From sequence record OR413345.1: a stretch of DNA of 32,000 nt. The stretch is one strand, 5' to 3'. The position numbers and the translations under genes are program-made. Below, piece by piece: positions 27,833-32,000 of the stretch. The stretch's first letter is position 1. Each line of letters opens with the position of its first letter. The notes beneath the pieces were generated by a model. That model had not been told where the DNA came from and made no database searches. It was given only the letters and a program-made list of their open reading frames with translations. The DNA is from Salmonella phage EH4.

Positions 27833-28314
27833 TATCTCTTACCTCCTCCTGCTAGAGCGGTAATAAGATTCATATAGTTTTCGTCACCACTTCCAGCAAT
27901 AATATTATTCTGAATGTTAGTCTGGTTAGCCGGAGTACGGGCTGCTGCCTTCACTTTCTCCAGTTCTACCATCATTTTCATTTCTTCCATTTTCATCTTG
28001 TGCGCCTTCCAGAGAATATCCATGATATCCTGGTCAGAACCCATGCCAGTTTCTTCAAGTTCTTCTAGCTTACGCTTGATAACTTCATCAAGAACCCCAA
28101 ACAAACGGTCACGATTACGGAAGCCGCTTTCCATAAAGATATCGTTAAGATAGTTTTTAACTTCCCCACGATTCATTATATCACGGAATGCAATCTCGGA
28201 CATCCCAAGACTACGAGCGGCGGCAGGAACATCACTACCGCACTGTAAATAGGCTTCAATAACATCCATGCCTTCGGGAGACATGAGATCGGGAACTAAT
28301 ACATCATTTGCCAT
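27832..28314 (-). CDS. terS: Terminase small subunit
   Basis: 160 aa with an HTH-like N-terminus '[38 protein letters not shown]'. It is directly upstream of terL. Confidence 0.87.
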   Translation of the reverse strand: MANDVLVPDLMSPEGMDVIEAYLQCGSDVPAAARSLGMSEIAFRDIMNRGEVKNYLNDIFMESGFRNRDRLFGVLDEVIKRKLEELEETGMGSDQDIMDILWKAHKMKMEEMKMMVELEKVKAAARTPANQTNIQNNIIAGSGDENYMNLITALAGGGKR

Positions 28315-28324
28315 ATATCCTCCT

Positions 28325-30106
28325 TTAGGTTAGGCGTTGAACTGTTACACGTAGTCTTGGCAAGAAAACAGCTGCCGCTTCTGCAGCGTGAATGATAACA
28401 CCCAACTCAACGTTGCCATTACCAAGGTTTTTAATAGTATAAATATATCCGTTCCTACGGAAAGCAAACTCATCAGGCCTACTAGCCCAAGTTTGTGTAT
28501 AACTATAGGAAGTTGTACTGTGATAAGGTACTAGATATCCAGGTGGCAGAGTAAGAATCTGGTGGAATACACCATCACCAGCTGTATAACTTTGTTGACG
28601 TCTACCTTGTACCTGCCAAGCGCTACCGCCGTAAGTACGCACAGGCATTCCAGCAGTATTAAGATTACCCATAATAACTTCAGTAGTTAATATAACAGTA
28701 GAGTGAGCATTTGGTAATCCCAACCAAACTGTGGCCAAAGGTGTGTAGAAGTCACCAGTACCAGGGTAGGATGGAGTTATATCGTCCCCTACATAAGTAC
28801 TTGCAACGTTGCCTGGGAATAACCTGAGGGGTACAGTACTAGGACTCCACACAGGTCCATGTTCATTACCAATGGAGTTGGTATTAGTATCTACATACCA
28901 TTGTTTACCTACACCAAATTTATATAAGCTAATTTGAGAAGCTGCACCACCATAGTTAACAGGAGACCACAACCCGCCATTACTAGAGCCGATAAATTCA
29001 CATCGTGCAGTATTATCACCAAAAACTCCGGTATACGCAGCGTTATTACCAACATACTCCATATCAGGGCGATAGCCTAAGTTTCCGAAAGCATTCTGGT
29101 TAATAAATTTATAGCCTGTATTTGGTAGGCTAACACCTTTAATAGTAAAGTTAGATGGAGATATTAGGATATCTGAACCGGTAAATGGATTACCAGAAAC
29201 TCCCATACTACCATTAGAATAGCGCAGATTTAGCACATACCAAATAACCTTAGTTGGCGTAACGTTATACCAGTCCTGTACATATACCTTTCTAGCAGAC
29301 TGAGCAGCCATATTAGAAGTAGAACCTCTACAAACATATATTTTTTCTGGGTATGCAGGAGATTGGTAAAGAACGTTTACGTTATCTGGTAGTACGCCTT
29401 TTTTACCTGCGAAGCCACGAATATTAGAACTACAAACATAAAACCAATCATGGCCTCTACCAGCAGAACCAATAGGCGCCTGCCAGTTGGGTTCCCAATA
29501 ATCTGCGTTACCACCATCTAAAGGAACAGTAGAGACACCAGTTGGAAAACCCATAAGACTCCAGGCTCTGGCAATGGCTTCACCAGCAGAAACACCACCA
29601 GGTCTAAAGATCTGGAAACCAGAGGACTGTAGTAAACTGCCTCCAGAACCTTGCCGAGCAATAGATTCCTCATGACCAAGACCACCATTATAGATATAGG
29701 TACCATGAGCTAAACTATCACCGATCGCAAAAGCAGATGTTACAGATAATTCAGCACCAGCACGTGGTGGGTCTTCAAAGAATGATAAGAACTGGCCAAC
29801 CTGAGATTGAGTACCATTGAGGAATCCTCTATGGGTACCATTAATCTCAATAGCAGTTAATATAACTCTACCCGGATCATTGGATTTAATATTTATAATA
29901 TCCCAAGGCATCTGAGTAACAAAGTATCCATTACCTGCATTACCTAAAGCCGCTTCATAAGTCCCATCAACCAGGACGAAAGGCATATCTGAGTGAAAGA
30001 TACTATTAGTATTTGGAGAGTAGTGTTCACCAGTATCACCACCATTAGCAGCGTTTAGCGATAATACAGTTTTACCATCACTAAATTTTCCTGCGAAAAA
30101 ACTCAT
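28325..30106 (-). CDS. Receptor-binding protein, T5 pb5 (Oad)-like, diverged centre
   Basis: 593 aa. The N-terminus '[42 protein letters not shown]' and C-terminus '[24 protein letters not shown]...LRVTVQRLT' match remembered pb5. Internal blocks '[21 protein letters not shown]' and '[12 protein letters not shown]' are pb5-like. It lies next to terS and an Llp-like gene. SD AAGGAG upstream. Confidence 0.9.
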   Translation of the reverse strand: MSFFAGKFSDGKTVLSLNAANGGDTGEHYSPNTNSIFHSDMPFVLVDGTYEAALGNAGNGYFVTQMPWDIINIKSNDPGRVILTAIEINGTHRGFLNGTQSQVGQFLSFFEDPPRAGAELSVTSAFAIGDSLAHGTYIYNGGLGHEESIARQGSGGSLLQSSGFQIFRPGGVSAGEAIARAWSLMGFPTGVSTVPLDGGNADYWEPNWQAPIGSAGRGHDWFYVCSSNIRGFAGKKGVLPDNVNVLYQSPAYPEKIYVCRGSTSNMAAQSARKVYVQDWYNVTPTKVIWYVLNLRYSNGSMGVSGNPFTGSDILISPSNFTIKGVSLPNTGYKFINQNAFGNLGYRPDMEYVGNNAAYTGVFGDNTARCEFIGSSNGGLWSPVNYGGAASQISLYKFGVGKQWYVDTNTNSIGNEHGPVWSPSTVPLRLFPGNVASTYVGDDITPSYPGTGDFYTPLATVWLGLPNAHSTVILTTEVIMGNLNTAGMPVRTYGGSAWQVQGRRQQSYTAGDGVFHQILTLPPGYLVPYHSTTSYSYTQTWASRPDEFAFRRNGYIYTIKNLGNGNVELGVIIHAAEAAAVFLPRLRVTVQRLT

Positions 30107-30131
30107 ACAATCTCCTTCTTTAAAAATGTAT

Positions 30132-30160
30132 TTGCTTAGATCCCTCTATTTTGCTATAAT
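30132..30160 (+). promoter_or_regulatory. Sigma70 promoter with extended -10 for the llp-like gene
   Basis: TTGCTT (30132-30137), 17-nt spacer, TGcTATAAT (TATAAT 30155-30160), then SD AGAGGA before ATG 30190. Confidence 0.85.
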
Positions 30161-30189
30161 ATATTTATAAATTAAACAGAGGAACGATT

Positions 30190-30456
30190 ATGAAAAAGTT
30201 ACTAGCTATCGTAGTTGCAGCAGTAGTGTTGACGGGTTGTGTACCAGCTCCCGAGCCATTTTGTAAGGCATATGTGAAGTCTTATGGTCATGTTGGTGAA
30301 GAACACTATGCTTTAGATATTCGAGAAGCACGTACTGTGGGCTACCGATTCCCTAAAACTCAGTTACGCACTAAGTTTGGGTGGTGGGATTTGTCACAGT
30401 TTGATCTCAAATATGGCGATTGCAAATTTAAACTAGAACAATCTGGTCACTTGTAA
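30190..30456 (+). CDS. llp: Llp-like receptor-blocking lipoprotein (superinfection exclusion)
   Basis: 88 aa with signal peptide and lipobox 'MKKLLAIVVAAVVLTGC'. Two further cysteines (PFC, GDC) could form a disulfide. Divergent from the pb5-like gene as in T5. Confidence 0.82.
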   Translation: MKKLLAIVVAAVVLTGCVPAPEPFCKAYVKSYGHVGEEHYALDIREARTVGYRFPKTQLRTKFGWWDLSQFDLKYGDCKFKLEQSGHL

Positions 30457-30530
30457 TTAGTATAAAGTAAAAAGATCTCGAAGTAAACAAAAATTTTTAT
30501 TTCTGGGATGAGGTACAGGTAGCAAACACA

Positions 30531-30866
30531 ATGCAAGATGAAGAAAAGTCCTTTCAGGAACCTGTTAACTTTGAAATAGATCCCAGGACTAAAGCAATAC
30601 ATGATGCAATTAACGAAATCATTCAAGACGTCATAGAAGATACAATAGAAGACGTGATGGGAACATCCTTCTTACTAGAAGAGTCCGGCTTCGATGAAGT
30701 AATGAACTTAATCGGGACAGTCGTAATGGTTCGTGCAATATCTAGAATCTTCCAAATACCAGGCTTACAGGAGAAGCAACGTGCTAACGCAAGAAAGATT
30801 AAAAGAAGTTCTGAGGTACGATCCAGAAACAGGTCACTTCATAAACATACAAAGCAGAGGAAATAA
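30531..30866 (+). CDS. Hypothetical acidic protein, 111 aa, 3' end overlapped by an HNH gene
   Basis: Uninterrupted ORF on the coding strand of the local cluster. N-terminal two-thirds acidic/helical (IHDAINEIIQDVIEDTIEDVMG), C-terminal 30 residues strongly basic and overlapping the next ORF. Confidence 0.55.
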   Translation: MQDEEKSFQEPVNFEIDPRTKAIHDAINEIIQDVIEDTIEDVMGTSFLLEESGFDEVMNLIGTVVMVRAISRIFQIPGLQEKQRANARKIKRSSEVRSRNRSLHKHTKQRK

Positions 30867-31314
30867 GAAAGCAGGGAGCATAGCAGGTACTAAAGATAAA
30901 GATGGGTATATAGTAATACGCATAGATAGAATGCCACATAGAGCGCATCGCTTAGCCTTTTTATATATGGAAGGATATATGCCTATTGAAGTAGATCATG
31001 ACAATAGAATACGTGATGATAATAAATGGACTAATCTTATAGATGCTTCCAGAAAGGAAAATATGCGTAATAGGCCTTCCTGGAGTATTTCTGGATATCT
31101 AGGTATTTCTTGGAATAAACCAAAACAACAATGGCAGGTTAGAGTTCAGGATTCCAGAGGGAATCAAATATCTGGGGGATACTTTAATTACAGTGAGCTA
31201 GAGGATGCGGTGAGTAAAGCCAATAGTCTTAGACTAGAACTTCATGGCGATCGCGCTATATTGGAGAATTTCAAAGGGTATAAAACGAAAGGAATAGAGG
31301 AACTAAATAAATGA
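30781..31314 (+). CDS. HNH homing-type endonuclease with C-terminal AP2-like DNA-binding domain (likely GTG start)
   Basis: GTG 30781 preceded by AGGAG (30769-30773). HNH_3-type core 'HRAHRLAFLYMEGYMPIEVDHDNRIRDDNKWTNLIDASRKENMRNR' and AP2-like 'GYLGISWNKPKQQWQVRVQDSRGNQISGGYFNYSELEDAVSKANSLRLELHG'. The track start 30733 is probably too early. Confidence 0.88.
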   Translation: MLTQERLKEVLRYDPETGHFINIQSRGNKKAGSIAGTKDKDGYIVIRIDRMPHRAHRLAFLYMEGYMPIEVDHDNRIRDDNKWTNLIDASRKENMRNRPSWSISGYLGISWNKPKQQWQVRVQDSRGNQISGGYFNYSELEDAVSKANSLRLELHGDRAILENFKGYKTKGIEELNK

Positions 31315-31430
31315 AAAAGAACAAGCGCGGAGAAGTATATGAAAGTTGGATAAACTCGTTCGGATTTGGTTTCGTACTATTCTTAATATTCGTAGGGTTT
31401 TGGCTAGCAGCAATGGCGGGGTGGATTTAA
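31311..31430 (+). CDS. Tiny predicted membrane protein, 39 aa (not in the supplied ORF track)
   Basis: ATG 31311 overlaps the HNH stop (aaATGA). Translates to MKKNKRGEVYESWINSFGFGFVLFLIFVGFWLAAMAGWI*, with one hydrophobic helix. Confidence 0.6.
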   Translation: MKKNKRGEVYESWINSFGFGFVLFLIFVGFWLAAMAGWI

Positions 31431-31543
31431 TGGAAGTTGCAACTATTGTAATTATTGTTCTATTAGTAGTTATTATTCTTGGGATGTGTGTAATTGATAA
31501 CCATCTTGCAAGAATCGAGGGTAAACTGCGGGGGGATAAATAA
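31430..31543 (+). CDS. Tiny predicted membrane protein, 37 aa
   Basis: The ATG at 31430 overlaps the previous TAA (taATG): MEVATIVIIVLLVVIILGMCVIDNHLARIEGKLRGDK. The track start 31346 is upstream of this more plausible coupled start. Confidence 0.6.
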   Translation: MEVATIVIIVLLVVIILGMCVIDNHLARIEGKLRGDK

Positions 31544-31737
31544 TGGAAATTGCTATTATTATTCTAGCTATATTCTGGATTATAGGGATAGGATGTTATA
31601 TAATTTCTCATCGTGAGCGTATTCAAGGGCTAGAAGATAAAGTTTCCCAGATGAGTATTAATATGGATAAACTATTGGACTCGCAACGTAATGATAGAGC
31701 ACGTATTCATCAACTTGAGAGGGAATTAGATGTTTAG
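31543..31737 (+). CDS. Small protein, 64 aa, N-terminal TM helix plus coiled coil
   Basis: ATG 31543 overlaps the previous TAA, with SD-like GGGGG upstream: MEIAIIILAIFWIIGIGCYIISHRERIQGLEDKVSQM... Confidence 0.65.
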   Translation: MEIAIIILAIFWIIGIGCYIISHRERIQGLEDKVSQMSINMDKLLDSQRNDRARIHQLERELDV

Positions 31738-31972
31738 CATGGTAATTATCTTCCTTATCGGGATGCTCGCGGGAGTTTTCGGGATGGCTGCGGCAATTAA
31801 CAGGCATCGTGAATATGTTGCGGGTATTCAGCGGGAGCTTTCGGAAAGAGAGCGGAGGTTTGCGGAGAAACGGGAGGAGTTCGAGCGGGAGTGGGCGGAC
31901 GGATCTCGGGTAAGTCGTCGGAAGTTTCGCATGAGTGAATCGGGTGATAAACCTGTTGACAGGCGTTCTTAG
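31730..31972 (+). CDS. Small protein, 80 aa, N-terminal TM helix plus highly charged coiled coil
   Basis: MFSMVIIFLIGMLAGVFGMAAAINRHREYVAGIQRELSERERRFAEKREEFEREWADG... It overlaps the previous ORF by 8 nt. Confidence 0.6.
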   Translation: MFSMVIIFLIGMLAGVFGMAAAINRHREYVAGIQRELSERERRFAEKREEFEREWADGSRVSRRKFRMSESGDKPVDRRS

Positions 31973-31981
31973 CACTATAAT
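31956..31981 (+). promoter_or_regulatory. Candidate promoter reading out of the right edge
   Basis: Perfect TTGACA (31956-31961) and perfect TATAAT (31976-31981), but the spacer is only 14 nt. A TTGACA-N16-TAATGA reading is an alternative. Confidence 0.4.
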
Positions 31982-32000
31982 GACTTTTGCCAAATTTCAT

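Noticed and set aside
29518-29706. ORFs in alternate frames inside the pb5-like, TerL-like and capsid genes (29518..29706, 26839..27108, 18357..18545)
   Set aside because: Short, embedded in strongly supported coding sequence, and lacking independent signals.
31543-31972. Rz/Rz1 spanin pair
   Set aside because: The TM plus coiled-coil topology is reminiscent of i-spanins, but no lipoprotein o-spanin, holin or endolysin is adjacent. The evidence is insufficient to name it.
1-32000. CRISPR arrays, tRNA/rRNA genes, transposases, integrase, retron/toxin-antitoxin modules
   Set aside because: None seen by reading the sequence and the six-frame track. Intergenic space is minimal outside the edges.

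Overview
The window is a contiguous piece of a T5-like siphophage genome (Demerecviridae / Tequintavirus-type). The identification rests on recalled family knowledge and protein-level resemblance, not on a search. The left edge (about 1-2.4 kb, + strand) holds the end of a nucleotide-metabolism/recombination block: an SbcC/gp46-like ATPase C-terminus (D13-like), a D14-like nuclease, the D15 flap endonuclease, dUTPase, and a small ORF ending at a 13-bp bidirectional terminator. The minus strand from 30.1 down to 2.4 kb carries the late morphogenesis region. In transcription order it encodes the receptor-binding protein (pb5/Oad-like), TerS, TerL, an HNH protein, portal, Ig-like decoration protein, prohead protease, major capsid, head completion, tail completion, tail terminator, Ig-tipped tail tube, baseplate tube protein, a frameshift-linked chaperone pair, tape measure, Dit (pb9), hub (pb3), straight fibre (pb4), p132-like collar protein and two lateral tail-fibre genes (ltfA/ltfB-like). 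The right edge (+ strand) is accessory: an Llp-like superinfection-exclusion lipoprotein with a strong promoter, an unknown ORF, an HNH/AP2 endonuclease and a run of overlapping tiny membrane ORFs. I found no evidence for an entirely new biological system, CRISPR array, RT/retron, tRNA or rRNA. The most useful observations are: a tightly delimited apparent +1 (or -2) frameshift window in the tail chaperone pair; a 25-nt exact repeat that combines a terminator U-tract with the start codon ahead of both the tape measure and head completion genes; near-consensus promoters inside the late region; HNH genes with likely misassigned starts; and the right-edge membrane-ORF cluster.
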